Shown here in pieces: positions 28,561-38,757 of a stretch of DNA of 64,000 bases. This stretch comes from Escherichia coli. GTDB taxonomy: Bacteria; Pseudomonadota; Gammaproteobacteria; Enterobacterales; Enterobacteriaceae. The stretch is from assembly GCF_050320075.1 (NCBI RefSeq), contig NZ_CP190018.1; one strand, given 5' to 3'. The position numbers and the translations under genes are program-made. The stretch's first letter is position 1; every line of letters begins with the position of its first letter. The notes under the pieces were generated by a model. It made no database searches. It saw nothing but the letters and a program-made list of their open reading frames with translations, and was not told the DNA's origin.

Positions 28561-29043
28561 CTATGCGTTTGGGATATCGCCATCAATCAGAGGGAGATCG
28601 CCTGGGTAATATCGGTCAGATGTGAACACGTCATATTTATTACCCTGCCCTACAGGAAAATCTCCACGTCGTCGCATTGAAGGAACAACCAGAGTGTCGG
28701 TCATCAAGGCATCATATGAGCGTTGGGCGTTACTGAGAACTTGCGGAGTTGGCTCAAGGCTGTAATCAGATAGCATTCTCAACAATAACTGATAGCCTAC
28801 TGCGTGTTTGTATTTTCTTGGAAGACCTGACTCATCATCTGGTAATGGCTGCTCATCTCCAGTTGCGAAAGCGTAACCAATGTCGCCGGGGTTAATCATC
28901 CACTCTGACATCATATCTTCCAGATCATTTACACCATCTTCAATTGATTGCGGCTCAACATCAGTCAGCGATGCATTAGAAGCAATAGCAAACTTACGAA
29001 GCGCAAAAAGGACGATCTCACCCTTTGTCAGTGCTGTTGCCAT
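28561..29043 (-). CDS. Head-completion / tail adaptor protein, P22 gp4-like
   Basis: 160 aa, between the coat region and gp10. Confidence 0.7.
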   Translation of the reverse strand: MATALTKGEIVLFALRKFAIASNASLTDVEPQSIEDGVNDLEDMMSEWMINPGDIGYAFATGDEQPLPDDESGLPRKYKHAVGYQLLLRMLSDYSLEPTPQVLSNAQRSYDALMTDTLVVPSMRRRGDFPVGQGNKYDVFTSDRYYPGDLPLIDGDIPNA

Positions 29044-29203
29044 TGTCCGCCGCCTTACGACCTCGCTTACTGGTCGGTTTCAATTCATCAACTGAGGCAA
29101 CAAAGCCCAACCTTTCGAAAAACTGGAAGTCTTTTTCTGCGATAACGGCCTGTACATGCCCGGATTCGTTATCTGCGGCAAGGAATACACTCATCCGATC
29201 CAT
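29018..29203 (-). CDS. Small hypothetical protein between coat and gp4
   Basis: 61-aa ORF in the late operon orientation. It overlaps the gp4 start by 26 nt. Confidence 0.35.
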   Translation of the reverse strand: MDRMSVFLAADNESGHVQAVIAEKDFQFFERLGFVASVDELKPTSKRGRKAADNGNSTDKG

Positions 29204-29245
29204 ATTGTTTCCTTAAAACATAAAAGGGGCGTAAGCCCCTTGTTA

Positions 29246-30517
29246 TTACGGATTACCGAAGAACTGACCGCCCATGTGAGGGTTAAAGCACACATATGCA
29301 GGAAGTAAGTCGAAGCGCATTTTTTGCACGTTGGCATCGCCATCTGCGTATTTATGTACGCGGATGGAGAAACCTTCATATGTTGCAACAGCAGAATCAA
29401 TACTGTGCAGTTTCGGCAGTGGGATAGAGCCAAGTCCACAGAAGAACTTGTTATAGAACAGGTTTGGCTTCATTGTCTGGCTAGCAGTGCCTACTACAGA
29501 TACGGCATCGCCTGCCTCTACCTGACGACTTACAGAGTTGTACTGCGGGTTTGTAGTGTCATAAATCGGAACACCAGAAAGCGTAACCGTCACATCGCCA
29601 CTGCTGTCTGAATTAGCATCAGCAGTAACCGTTGCAGTGAAGCTAATTGGTGTGGCTCCGTTATACAACGCCTGTTTGGTCTGCTGTTGCAGCCAGTAGG
29701 TATTGGTGAATTTAACCTGATCACCAGCTTTCAGAAAACCTGTAACGCTGGCTGTCGCTCCGGTCAATGTTACAGTGAACTGGTATGAGTCTTTAACTGC
29801 GTTATAGGTAACAGTTGGCTGTGTTTTGACTGTCAGTGTTCCGCCAAATGCCCCCTGCGTACGAGAGGCAAGCCCATTAGACATCAGTGCGCGAATGCCG
29901 CCAAAATTGGTTGGAATCTGCGCATTCTCCCATGCAGTACGAACCAATTGATCTGAAGCGTGCAAACCAGTCTGCGCATCAGCAAGTCGCTGTGCAGACC
30001 ATGGATCCATTACAGCATAGTTTTCACCTTCATTAACGCCGAGGTCTTTCAGGAAAGATGCCGTCTGCGCAACATCAGACCATTTGGTGATTGGAGTATT
30101 GGGGCTACCAAGTGACAACGCACCGTTATTCATCATGAAGTGAGCAAGCTCTGTTTCAAGGTCGGTAACGATTCGCTGGCGAACCGGCGCGAGAATTTCT
30201 TCCAGTTGGTTAAGCTTGATCGCTTCCTCCAGTTGCTGATATTCAACAGCAACAGTGATGTAGTTACCTACACGCCCCGTAGCTTTACCTGAGATCAGGT
30301 TGTTTTTATTTTGCCCTGAAATATCACCAGTGGGAGTACGGAGGGATGAGAATTGATGCGGACGTTTAAAGCTAACGCTATCGCCAGTGCTGGAGTTGAT
30401 TTCACCTGCCAGCAACTGACGGTCTACGGTTTTCGCCAGAACTAAATCTGACATAAAACCCGGAAGGAATTTTTTCAGAACGATTTGACTGACGTTACTG
30501 TCGAGATTGTTAGGCAT
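29246..30517 (-). CDS. Major coat protein (HK97 fold with I-domain, Sf6/P22 group)
   Basis: 423 aa, following the scaffold gene. Length equals the Sf6 coat protein as I recall it. Confidence 0.85.
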   Translation of the reverse strand: MPNNLDSNVSQIVLKKFLPGFMSDLVLAKTVDRQLLAGEINSSTGDSVSFKRPHQFSSLRTPTGDISGQNKNNLISGKATGRVGNYITVAVEYQQLEEAIKLNQLEEILAPVRQRIVTDLETELAHFMMNNGALSLGSPNTPITKWSDVAQTASFLKDLGVNEGENYAVMDPWSAQRLADAQTGLHASDQLVRTAWENAQIPTNFGGIRALMSNGLASRTQGAFGGTLTVKTQPTVTYNAVKDSYQFTVTLTGATASVTGFLKAGDQVKFTNTYWLQQQTKQALYNGATPISFTATVTADANSDSSGDVTVTLSGVPIYDTTNPQYNSVSRQVEAGDAVSVVGTASQTMKPNLFYNKFFCGLGSIPLPKLHSIDSAVATYEGFSIRVHKYADGDANVQKMRFDLLPAYVCFNPHMGGQFFGNP

Positions 30518-30528
30518 TTATCTTTTCC

Positions 30529-31413
30529 TTATTCGATTTTTGCGCCGGGGCATAATTTGTTGAATTCGTCTTGTTTCGCATCAGCACCGCCACCACGTAC
30601 TTCCGGCTCTGGCTTGATGGCTTTCTTTGGTTTTGGAGCAAGGCTTACCTGTTTGCTAATCTGCCCCAAGAGGAATGCTGCGCGAATTGGATCTGTCTCA
30701 GCGGCTACACGCTGGCGTAATTGCTGGCTCTTACCTAAGCCATAGGCGAGTAGTTCAGAGCCTTCGTCTGCACAGTGAATGATGATTTCCTGCTGAATTG
30801 GTGGTAGCTCACTAAGAACAATGGCCTCCATTTCCTGATAATCTTTCACAGGAAGTTTGGCTGCCCGTTGTTTATGCGCTTCTACCCTTTGCTGGAAACG
30901 CTGTTGGTATTCCTGTTGCTGACGTAGTTTTTGTTGCTGCTGCTGTTCGACACGGCCTTTTTTCTCATGCCAATCAGTCAATGCCTGTTCAAACGCCTGT
31001 TCGTCATAATCACACGACTCAAGAGTCGGTTTTGGTGGAATAGCGTCTGGTTGTGGTTGCTGATGTTCCGCAGGCTTGGCTAATGCTTCCTCAAGCTGGC
31101 GGCGCAACTCACGGTTTTCTTTCTGTGTTTCTTTGAAGCCTTTGCGAAGATCTTTCACCCATTGCGGTGCAGGTTGCCCGTCAATGTGATCATCATCGTC
31201 AGCGTTAAGCTGAATTTCTTCATCACCAATACGCAAGGCGTAATCTTCTGGTGTCTCTTCGGTTTTTTCAGGATCAGTTGCCATCTCTTTTCCGTTGTCA
31301 TCCTGGCTTTCATTCTCAGGCTGTGACTCTGTTTGGATGATGGTTTCTTCTGCATTTTCCTGTGTTTCAGACAGGTCAATAACCTGACCGTCGATGATCA
31401 GTTCGTTTTCCAT
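30529..31413 (-). CDS. Scaffolding protein
   Basis: 294 aa, highly acidic, Gln-rich and helical. Lies between portal and coat. Confidence 0.8.
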   Translation of the reverse strand: MENELIIDGQVIDLSETQENAEETIIQTESQPENESQDDNGKEMATDPEKTEETPEDYALRIGDEEIQLNADDDDHIDGQPAPQWVKDLRKGFKETQKENRELRRQLEEALAKPAEHQQPQPDAIPPKPTLESCDYDEQAFEQALTDWHEKKGRVEQQQQQKLRQQQEYQQRFQQRVEAHKQRAAKLPVKDYQEMEAIVLSELPPIQQEIIIHCADEGSELLAYGLGKSQQLRQRVAAETDPIRAAFLLGQISKQVSLAPKPKKAIKPEPEVRGGGADAKQDEFNKLCPGAKIE

Positions 31414-31426
31414 TGATTACTCCTGG

Positions 31427-33553
31427 TTAACTCGGCATTAAGTCTGCCGGTGACTGTGGTGGTGACTGGAATTGCTGTTGTTGTGACTCGGCGACATCTT
31501 TCAGAAGGCGTATTGCCTCCATCACTGCTTTGTCATCGATGTTTCTGGCTTGAGCCAGTTTATAGACAGTGTTTGCCTGACTCTCCATCGCATCCTGCTG
31601 GGCAGTAAATGCTTTGATTTGAGTTTGAGCGGTTTCGTTAGTTGCTTTTTGCGCTTCTGCCTGCGCTGCTACCATTTGCGCCTGAGCGAGAACCATTTCA
31701 GGATTTGGCTGGCTTTGTGCTGCCATTTGCGCCTGTTGAACAATCTGCTGCTCTTTCTCATTGCGTGGTTTTGCAATACCAGATATCAGCAGTTGGTTTC
31801 GGTTGTACTCTTTGAAGTCATCAAGGCCTTCGCCATCGATATTGTCCAGAATAATACCCTGAATTGCCGGGCGCATTGGGTCTGTTGGAAGCATAGAGCT
31901 AAGGACATTTGTCAGTACAGAAACCGTTGCATCACGTCGTGCTGTGTAGCTTGGTCCAACATCAACCGTCACATCGTATCGACCGACAGAAAGGTCATTT
32001 AACGCAACAACAGCCCCTGTTTGCCTGTCAACAACCTGTGCGCTCAGGACAGCGATATCATCACTTCCATCTTCGTTAACGATGCGCACTTCACGTTCTG
32101 AACCGTACACTTCACGCGCCATTGACAGCCATACTTCACCAGCGCGTTTAAGACTTTTCGCCATATTGTCCAGATAGATAAACGAAGCCATATCTGCTCT
32201 GTTCATCAAGTTGTTAACCGTTTCCTGAGCAATATTACTTGGCATCTGCTGCATGGCCTGACTGCCGCCTGTAACCTCCTGAATATCTGCACTGGTTTGC
32301 TGTAGTAATGCAGCCAATGCCTGATTCATAACCGCAGGCTGTGTATATCCTGCCGGGGTAGCTCCAGCGATAATGTTGCCAGATTTATCTCTCACTTCGC
32401 GCAACGGCAAGAACGCTGGGCGTTTCTTGTTGCGAGCCTCCCAGTGCTTCTCAAGTCCACGAATTTGCTCCATGCCAACTATAGGGATCTGACCGGGGTC
32501 TTGCGCTGCAGTATCAGCCAGCATTGAAACCTGAAGGTTGTACAAACGCTGTGGATCCATTGCTTTTGCAATGTGCCCTTCGACACGCTCAATGTCATCA
32601 ATGAACCAGCGTTTTCCATAAACCGGGATGAGGGGGATATGCTCACCAGGAATACGTCGAGGTTTCTCAAGGAAACCATCACCATCCACTACGGATACAT
32701 ACACACGACGGCGCTTCACTGAGCGCCTTGCCACTTCCTGAAATCCAGATATTGCCAGTTCATCTTCAATATCTTCAACCTGATCACTGTCGTATGTTGC
32801 AATCTCTCCAGTGATTGGATGTCGATAACTGATGACGTCAACAGACTCTTTACGAACTTCGTAATACTTCGCTATGTAAATAACATCTGCATCAAACCAG
32901 TCATATTCCCAACTGGTCATAGACGTTACATCCAGAGAAGCAGGAGGTTTCTTTCCGTATTCAGCCTCATATTTTTCAGGTGACAACGAATACATGCAGA
33001 ACGCCCACAACGCGTCAGATTTGTCGTACTTCTTAGCGTCAGGGTCAAACCACACAGAGCGCGACGGGTCGTATATTGGTTCAATAGCAATGCGCTGACG
33101 ATCGTCCATGGGGTCGTATTCATTGACCAGCATCGACGTCAAACGGAAGCAACCGAAACCACCAGTAGCAGCGTCGTCAAATGCATTATCGCAAGCCTCA
33201 CCGCCATCAGTTTCTTCGTAGTCAGCACGGAACAGACCATTTAATTTATTGGCTAACTCTTCGCTTGCCTCTCTGTCACCAGGACGAAACTTAACGGTGA
33301 TTCTATTATTGCGGTATTCTGCAATGATGCGGTTAAGTTCAGTTGCTACCTTATTGATTTCAAACTTAGGATACTTCTCGAACTGCTCATCAAGCTTAGT
33401 TCCAGCCGCCGTTGCTCCTTCCCATTGACCTCCGGGGACACGAGCAAACCTCGTAGCTTCAATGCACTTTTCGCGCACTTCCTTCTGTGGAGAATAGGCG
33501 CGGTCAAACCTGAGCATGATCCGCTCATGTTTTTTCTCTAATGTCTCTGCCAT
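31427..33553 (-). CDS. Portal protein
   Basis: 708 aa from MAETLEKKHERIMLRFDRAY (ATG at 33551-33553, 2 nt after the terL stop). The ORF-track start at 33625 is an over-extension into terL. Confidence 0.85.
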   Translation of the reverse strand: MAETLEKKHERIMLRFDRAYSPQKEVREKCIEATRFARVPGGQWEGATAAGTKLDEQFEKYPKFEINKVATELNRIIAEYRNNRITVKFRPGDREASEELANKLNGLFRADYEETDGGEACDNAFDDAATGGFGCFRLTSMLVNEYDPMDDRQRIAIEPIYDPSRSVWFDPDAKKYDKSDALWAFCMYSLSPEKYEAEYGKKPPASLDVTSMTSWEYDWFDADVIYIAKYYEVRKESVDVISYRHPITGEIATYDSDQVEDIEDELAISGFQEVARRSVKRRRVYVSVVDGDGFLEKPRRIPGEHIPLIPVYGKRWFIDDIERVEGHIAKAMDPQRLYNLQVSMLADTAAQDPGQIPIVGMEQIRGLEKHWEARNKKRPAFLPLREVRDKSGNIIAGATPAGYTQPAVMNQALAALLQQTSADIQEVTGGSQAMQQMPSNIAQETVNNLMNRADMASFIYLDNMAKSLKRAGEVWLSMAREVYGSEREVRIVNEDGSDDIAVLSAQVVDRQTGAVVALNDLSVGRYDVTVDVGPSYTARRDATVSVLTNVLSSMLPTDPMRPAIQGIILDNIDGEGLDDFKEYNRNQLLISGIAKPRNEKEQQIVQQAQMAAQSQPNPEMVLAQAQMVAAQAEAQKATNETAQTQIKAFTAQQDAMESQANTVYKLAQARNIDDKAVMEAIRLLKDVAESQQQQFQSPPQSPADLMPS

Positions 33554-33555
33554 GT

Positions 33556-34968
33556 TTACCAACCGGAGGATGAGGGAACGTATATTTCTGTTTCTTCGCG
33601 GACCAATGCCGGGCAATGCATACACATCATCAGCGCATCAGCCAGGTTAGGAGATGGAATACCGAGCTTCTGCTTCATTTCGACCTTAGTCATTAGCTCA
33701 AGCTTCCCGTTGTTATTGAATTTGCGCTGAATCTGCGTCAGTTCTGCAAACAGCTTCTCCAGCATCTTCTCGCCTATCGCTTCTTTGTCGAAGCTCAGCA
33801 TGTCGTCGGGGTCTGCATACTCACCGTGGACAACCGCCCGATATGTCAGATACAGCCTGTCAGCCAGCGCGTAATAGAATTGCGCTCGCTTATTGCGGAA
33901 TACATCGCCAATAGTGCGAACGTTGTCGCCCTGTACGACTTCATCAGCCCATGCTCCGGCCTGATAAGGCCCATCTTCATCGAATGGCGATTCGCTGCCC
34001 TTGAACATCGTGGCGGTAATTTTCTTGCCGGAGAATGCTTCCGTTGTCTGTCTGCGTAGCCCTGCACCGACACCATCGCCATCCCACAGGTAATGGTCAG
34101 CGCCGTCTTCAATCGCCAGCGAAGTAGCCCAGTCAGCACCCTCGTTGATGTCCATCAGCAGACCTTCGGCAATGCGCTTAACCACCGAACCGTGACGCGA
34201 TGCGTAACCTTTAGCATCTGGCCCTGTATCTGATGGATCATGTGCAGAGACAACAGCGCCTTTCGCTTTCCATCCGAGTTTCTTGTGCGCATCGGTTGCG
34301 GCTTCAAGCCATTCACGTTTGATGATTGCCATATCACTTGCGCTTACTGGCTCACCAAGCCAGATGTGACGATACAGTGTCGGGTTTCTGCGTTTACACT
34401 CTTCCATCTCCAGACGGAGAACTTCAGGAAAGTGCGGGTTGTCGGTGTAGTTCACCGTCAGCAGGCAAATATCATCTGGAGGATTTATGACGAATCGCTG
34501 ATAGGTATCGTCGAGAATGTTTTTCGGGTTAAAGCTCACCCATATTTCGGAAAACGGCTTGCGGATGGTTGGTATCAGGATATCCCATGATTCCTTCGTT
34601 ACCGCTTCCGCTTCCTCCACCCAGCAAATATCAATACCTTCTAGCGATTTAATCTTCGTCGGGTTGTTTTTGATGCCGTAGAACATGAATTCAGCATTCG
34701 TTCCGAGATGACGAATCATGGAACGCTGAATTTCAAACTCAGCCGAATAGCCTTCCCGCTCTATGGTGTCTTCAAGCAACCGGATTACCGAATCGCTGAT
34801 ACTGTTTTGCAGTTCACGAGCGCAGAGAATACGCACTGGCTGCCGACGCGCCGCTTCAACAAGCAGCCTCGCAATTGCCCATGACTTACCGCTACCTCGA
34901 CCGCCTTTGGCGACTTTGTAGCGATGCGCCTCAATGAACGGTTCAAAGATAGGATTAATCGAGGTCAT
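33556..34968 (-). CDS. Terminase large subunit
   Basis: 470 aa. Walker A KGGRGSGKS near the N-terminus and a nuclease-type C-terminal half. Overlaps the terS stop. Confidence 0.9.
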   Translation of the reverse strand: MTSINPIFEPFIEAHRYKVAKGGRGSGKSWAIARLLVEAARRQPVRILCARELQNSISDSVIRLLEDTIEREGYSAEFEIQRSMIRHLGTNAEFMFYGIKNNPTKIKSLEGIDICWVEEAEAVTKESWDILIPTIRKPFSEIWVSFNPKNILDDTYQRFVINPPDDICLLTVNYTDNPHFPEVLRLEMEECKRRNPTLYRHIWLGEPVSASDMAIIKREWLEAATDAHKKLGWKAKGAVVSAHDPSDTGPDAKGYASRHGSVVKRIAEGLLMDINEGADWATSLAIEDGADHYLWDGDGVGAGLRRQTTEAFSGKKITATMFKGSESPFDEDGPYQAGAWADEVVQGDNVRTIGDVFRNKRAQFYYALADRLYLTYRAVVHGEYADPDDMLSFDKEAIGEKMLEKLFAELTQIQRKFNNNGKLELMTKVEMKQKLGIPSPNLADALMMCMHCPALVREETEIYVPSSSGW

Positions 34969-35405
34969 TTTCCGAATAGAGTGCTCATCGGTGATGTTTC
35001 AATCTGAATTGCGCCGCCGTCTTTGCCTGTTAGCTCGTGATCAACCTTGTCGCGCCATTTATCCTTCTGTCGGTTCTTAAGCCAGAAAATGGCAGCGGTT
35101 GTATCAGGCGGGTAATACTTCTCAAGCGGAGTTTCGACAATTCTGTTTTCAATAACACGAATATCGATATCTGGAGCCACGAAGCCCATAGCGCGTTGAT
35201 AAAGACGATCACTAACTTCTGCATCAGCGACGGCCTTACCCTTTTTTATGGACTCCGAAAACTTAGGATAATCAAGCTTCCACTTGTTAATAGTTGACTC
35301 ACTGACTTCAAAGAAATCAGCAAGTTCTGCATCGGTGTAGCCCAGCAAGCACAGTTTGCGTGCCTGTTCGGCATACGCCTCTTGATACTTTGTTGGGCGC
35401 GCCAT
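34965..35405 (-). CDS. Terminase small subunit (HTH N-terminus)
   Basis: 146 aa. The C-terminal GKDGGAIQIETSPMSTLFGK tail is as in Sf6-group small terminases. Lies immediately upstream of terL. Confidence 0.8.
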   Translation of the reverse strand: MARPTKYQEAYAEQARKLCLLGYTDAELADFFEVSESTINKWKLDYPKFSESIKKGKAVADAEVSDRLYQRAMGFVAPDIDIRVIENRIVETPLEKYYPPDTTAAIFWLKNRQKDKWRDKVDHELTGKDGGAIQIETSPMSTLFGK

Positions 35406-35407
35406 GT

Positions 35408-35650
35408 TTATGCTCCGGTGGTGAACAGGTCTAACGCTTCCTTCGATTTACGCACCGCTTCGATAGTGCGGGTCGTGATATCCGAATTAGCGCCGCCTGA
35501 CTGGAAGTGAATTTTGAATAGCTCAAGCTTCAGCTCGTCAGTGCCAATGAACTGAAATGCTTCTTCTGCGGCTGCGTTCTGGTTCATGACCAGCTTGTAA
35601 ATCTCTAACTGGAATTTCTGTTCTTCAGTCATGGGAATAATCTCTGCCAT
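35408..35650 (-). CDS. Hypothetical small protein upstream of terS
   Basis: 80-aa helical ORF with a stop 2 nt before the terS start. Confidence 0.4.
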   Translation of the reverse strand: MAEIIPMTEEQKFQLEIYKLVMNQNAAAEEAFQFIGTDELKLELFKIHFQSGGANSDITTRTIEAVRKSKEALDLFTTGA

Positions 35651-35848
35651 TATTGGCTCCGTTTATCCGTTAAAAGGGATATCAGTTAAGTTATCCCGTG
35701 CAGGGTATAAGCCATTATCAAAGCCACTCTGTAGGGAATGGATTTTGTGATGGCAATAAAAAACCGCCCGTAGGCGGCAAAATTAATGTTTCGTAATTGC
35801 GTCAGATCATTAACCATAGTTATTGTGTAGCTGCTTTGTGTCGTTGGG

Positions 35849-36421
35849 GTGAACGACGAAAAAGCGAACAACATAATTAATGAGGTGACTATGGAAGTCG
35901 AAAAAATGCTGGTCAAGGACCGGAAGTGTGGCTCTTGCTCAGTTTGCTGTGTTTCTTTGGCAATAGATGAGCCCGAATTGAAAAAAAAGCATGCGGTACC
36001 GTGTACCTATCTCAGGCCTCAGGGTGGTTGCTCGATCTATGCTGATCGACCGTCATTGTGCAAAACATGGCACTGCGGATGGCGGATGATGCCTTTCATG
36101 GGGCCTGCGTTAAGACCAGATCGGTCCAATCTCCTAGTGCGCTTCACGGGAGAATGTTGGATTTTCGGTGATGCTGACGACCAAAGGGAATCTGCATTAA
36201 TGAATAATGATACTTTAAACGCAATGAGCGCTCTGGTCTCGCGTAATATGAAAGTTTCAGTATCAGTTCCAACTAAGCCGGGTTATTGCGACGCTGAACA
36301 TGTCATCAATGATGATATTATGGAGGCGGTAAAAGAACGGTCTTTGTCAAAAGTTAAAGAAATAATTTGGACAGTAATTTGCCGGTGCAAAGTCTCCGCG
36401 ACCAACCCGCGAAAGCAATAA
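35849..36421 (+). CDS. YkgJ-family CxxCxxCC zinc/iron-chelating domain protein (moron, opposite strand)
   Basis: 190-aa ORF (likely start MEVEKM or MLVKDRK). Has CGSCSVCC plus downstream Cys/His (CSIYADRPSLCKTWHC). AT-rich and flanked by hairpins at ~35765 and 36432-36459. Confidence 0.6.
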   Translation: MNDEKANNIINEVTMEVEKMLVKDRKCGSCSVCCVSLAIDEPELKKKHAVPCTYLRPQGGCSIYADRPSLCKTWHCGWRMMPFMGPALRPDRSNLLVRFTGECWIFGDADDQRESALMNNDTLNAMSALVSRNMKVSVSVPTKPGYCDAEHVINDDIMEAVKERSLSKVKEIIWTVICRCKVSATNPRKQ

Positions 36422-36457
36422 ATTAAGCTGAACGCCAAATTTATCCGAAATTTGGCG

Positions 36458-36646
36458 TTACATTAATTCAAATGTCGGCATAGCCAACCAATCATCTGGT
36501 AAGCATGTGTTTTCGACAGACTGCATTAACCGCTCATCACTTCGACATGTGAAAGTTTCTTTGTGACCGAGCGAGCCCTGTGAAGAATTAGGGCAATCCA
36601 TATCTTCACCTGTTTTTTTCACTAGAGCGTTATTAATCTCAATCAT
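36458..36646 (-). CDS. Hypothetical small protein
   Basis: 62-aa ORF between the lysis cassette and the moron. No recognisable family. Confidence 0.25.
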   Translation of the reverse strand: MIEINNALVKKTGEDMDCPNSSQGSLGHKETFTCRSDERLMQSVENTCLPDDWLAMPTFELM

Positions 36647-36871
36647 TGTGAGTTCCAGACCTCAGACTAATTAATTTCAACCCCACTATTGCGAGGCTAA
36701 ATCCTGGTATTTGTAATGACTGGCTCTTATCTCAACGCAGCCCCTTACCGCGCGCAAGATGCTCAATATCAAGCATCAGCAATGAGATGTTTAATCTGGA
36801 TTCACTCCAGAAGTGATCACCACCCTGTCTACAGAGCCAGATGTGAAGGATGATGAGTAAAATTATCGCTA

Positions 36872-37309
36872 TCATCGAAGGCATTGCGTCCTGATGTACT
36901 CCTGCAGGTAGTTAACCTGCGCGGTTATCCTGTCGATTCCACTTCGGAGACGGTAATAATTGAGTTCAGCATCTGCTGTAAGTCTTGGGCTTTCTCCATC
37001 GCCCATGCTGCTGGCTCCGGTCGTTGACTTTGCACAGGTGGCGGCGACTTGCAGGCGTTTACGACCAGCAGAAACATCAGCACGGAGACTTTCGATAGTC
37101 GCGTTAGCATCAGCAAGCTCCTTTGTGTATCTGGCGTCGAGTTCTGCTACATCATGTTGCCGCTTCTGCATATCAGCGATAATAGATGTGGCTTTATCGC
37201 GCTGTTCTTTATAGGTAATGGCGTTATCACGGTAATGATTAACAGCCCATGACAGGCAGACGATGATGCAGATAACCAGAGCGGAGATAATCGCGGTTAC
37301 TCTGCTCAT
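36872..37309 (-). CDS. Rz: Rz i-spanin
   Basis: 145 aa with an N-terminal TM segment and a coiled periplasmic domain. Overlaps the endolysin stop. Confidence 0.85.
   Translation of the reverse strand: MSRVTAIISALVICIIVCLSWAVNHYRDNAITYKEQRDKATSIIADMQKRQHDVAELDARYTKELADANATIESLRADVSAGRKRLQVAATCAKSTTGASSMGDGESPRLTADAELNYYRLRSGIDRITAQVNYLQEYIRTQCLR
36925..37116 (-). CDS. Rz1: Rz1 o-spanin lipoprotein embedded in Rz (+1 frame)
   Basis: Lipobox LLVVNAC followed by a Pro-rich mature peptide. Entirely inside Rz, as in lambda. Confidence 0.8.
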   Translation of the reverse strand: MLMLTRLSKVSVLMFLLVVNACKSPPPVQSQRPEPAAWAMEKAQDLQQMLNSIITVSEVESTG

Positions 37310-37782
37310 ACCTCAATCTCTCTGACCGTTCCGCCAGCCTCTTTGAATTTTGCAATCAGGCTGTCAGCCTTATGCTCGAACTGACCATAACCAGCCCCCG
37401 GCAGTGAAGCCCAGATATTGCTGCAACGGTCGATAGCCTGACGGATATCACCGCGATCAATCATCGGCAAAGCGCCACGCTCCTTAATCTGCTGCAGCGC
37501 AACAGCGTCCTGGCTTTTGGGAGAGAAGTCTTTCAGTCCAAGCTGCTTGCGGTAAGCATCCCACCAACGGGAAAGAAGCTGGTAACGTCCGGCTGCTGTT
37601 GATTTGAGTTTTGGGTTTAGCGTGACAAGTTTGCGAGGGTGATCGGAGTAATCAGTGAATAGCTCTCCTCCTACAATGACGTCATAACCATGATTTCTGG
37701 TTTTCTGACGTCCGTTATCAGTTCCCTCTGACCACGCCAGCATATCGAGGAACGCCTTACGTTGATTATTGATTTCCACCAT
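37306..37782 (-). CDS. R: Endolysin, lambda R-type lytic transglycosylase
   Basis: 158 aa, near-identical by eye to lambda R ([35 protein letters not shown]...). Confidence 0.95.
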   Translation of the reverse strand: MVEINNQRKAFLDMLAWSEGTDNGRQKTRNHGYDVIVGGELFTDYSDHPRKLVTLNPKLKSTAAGRYQLLSRWWDAYRKQLGLKDFSPKSQDAVALQQIKERGALPMIDRGDIRQAIDRCSNIWASLPGAGYGQFEHKADSLIAKFKEAGGTVREIEV

Positions 37783-38089
37783 CTTCTACTCCGGCTTTTT
37801 TAGCAGCGAAGCGTTTGAGAAGCGAACCAATCGAGTCAGTACCGATGTAGCCGATGAACACGCTCGTTATATAAGCGAGATTGCTACTTAGTCCGGCGAA
37901 GTCGAGAAGGTCACGAATGAACCAGGCGATAATGGCGCACATCGTTGCGTCGATTACTGTTTTTGTAAACGCACCGCCATTATATCTGCCGCGAAGGTAC
38001 GCCATTGCAAACGCAAGGATTGCCCCGATGCCTTGTTCCTTTGCCGCGAGAATGGCGGCTAACAGGTCATGTTTTTCTGGCATCTTCAT
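37766..38089 (-). CDS. S: Holin, lambda S-type (dual start MKM)
   Basis: 107 aa, near-identical by eye to lambda S107/S105 ([39 protein letters not shown]...). Confidence 0.95.
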   Translation of the reverse strand: MKMPEKHDLLAAILAAKEQGIGAILAFAMAYLRGRYNGGAFTKTVIDATMCAIIAWFIRDLLDFAGLSSNLAYITSVFIGYIGTDSIGSLLKRFAAKKAGVEDGGNQ

Positions 38090-38486
38090 GTCTTACCCCC
38101 AATAAGGGGATTTGCTCTATTTAATTAGGAATAAGGTCGATTACTGATAGAACAAATCCAGGCTACTGTGTTTAGTAATCAGATTTGTTCGTGACCGATA
38201 TGCACGGGCAAAACGGCAGGAGGTTGTTAGCGCGACCTCCTGCCACCCGCTTTCACGAAGATCATGTGTAGAAGGCCGCAGCGTAACTATCACTGATGAA
38301 TTCAGGATAGCCAGTGGCTACGGCTCAGTTTTGGTTGTGCTGTTGCTGGGCGGCGATGACGCCTGTACGCATTTGGTGATCCGGTTCTGCTTCCGGCATT
38401 CGCTTAATTCAGCACAACGATAAGAGCACTCGGTGCATTTAAGCCAAGCCCCATAAGGGAGAATGCTCTTACCTGTTGCACAGGTA

Positions 38487-38545
38487 TAAAAAATCCCGAA
38501 ACCGTTATGCAGGCTCTAACTATTACCTGCGAACTGTTTCGGGAT
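38487..38545 (-). terminator. tR'-like terminator of the 6S late leader RNA
   Basis: atcccgaaac...gtttcgggat hairpin plus a U6 run on the minus strand, ~194 nt downstream of the PR'-like -10, as in lambda. Confidence 0.75.
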
Positions 38546-38686
38546 TGCATTTTGCAGACCTCTCAGCCTGCGATGGTTGGAGTTCCAGACGATACGTCGA
38601 AGTGACCAACTAGGCGGAATCGGTAGTAAGCGCCGCCTCTTTTTATCTCACTACCACAACGAGCGAATTAACCCATCGTTGGGTCA

Positions 38687-38715
38687 AATTTACCCAAGTT
38701 TATTCAAAAAGTCAA
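38687..38715 (-). promoter_or_regulatory. PR'-like late promoter (Q-modified)
   Basis: Minus strand ttgact -17 nt- taaatt, matching the lambda PR' context (ttgact...gggtaaatttgac). Just downstream of Q. Confidence 0.75.
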
Positions 38716-38757
38716 TATTATGCCGTTAATATGTTGCCATCCGTGGCAATCATGCTG

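Noticed and set aside
35686-35916. A 76-aa hydrophobic minus-strand ORF overlapping the start of the CxxCxxCC gene.
   Set aside because: It overlaps the probable promoter and 5' end of the moron and has no RBS. It cannot be excluded as a small membrane protein, but support is weak.
38100-38757. The 650-bp Q-to-S interval, which is the site where lambdoid phages carry stx or other toxin cargo.
   Set aside because: It contains no ORF. The sequence is the lambda-type PR'/6S leader/tR' region followed by the usual spacer.
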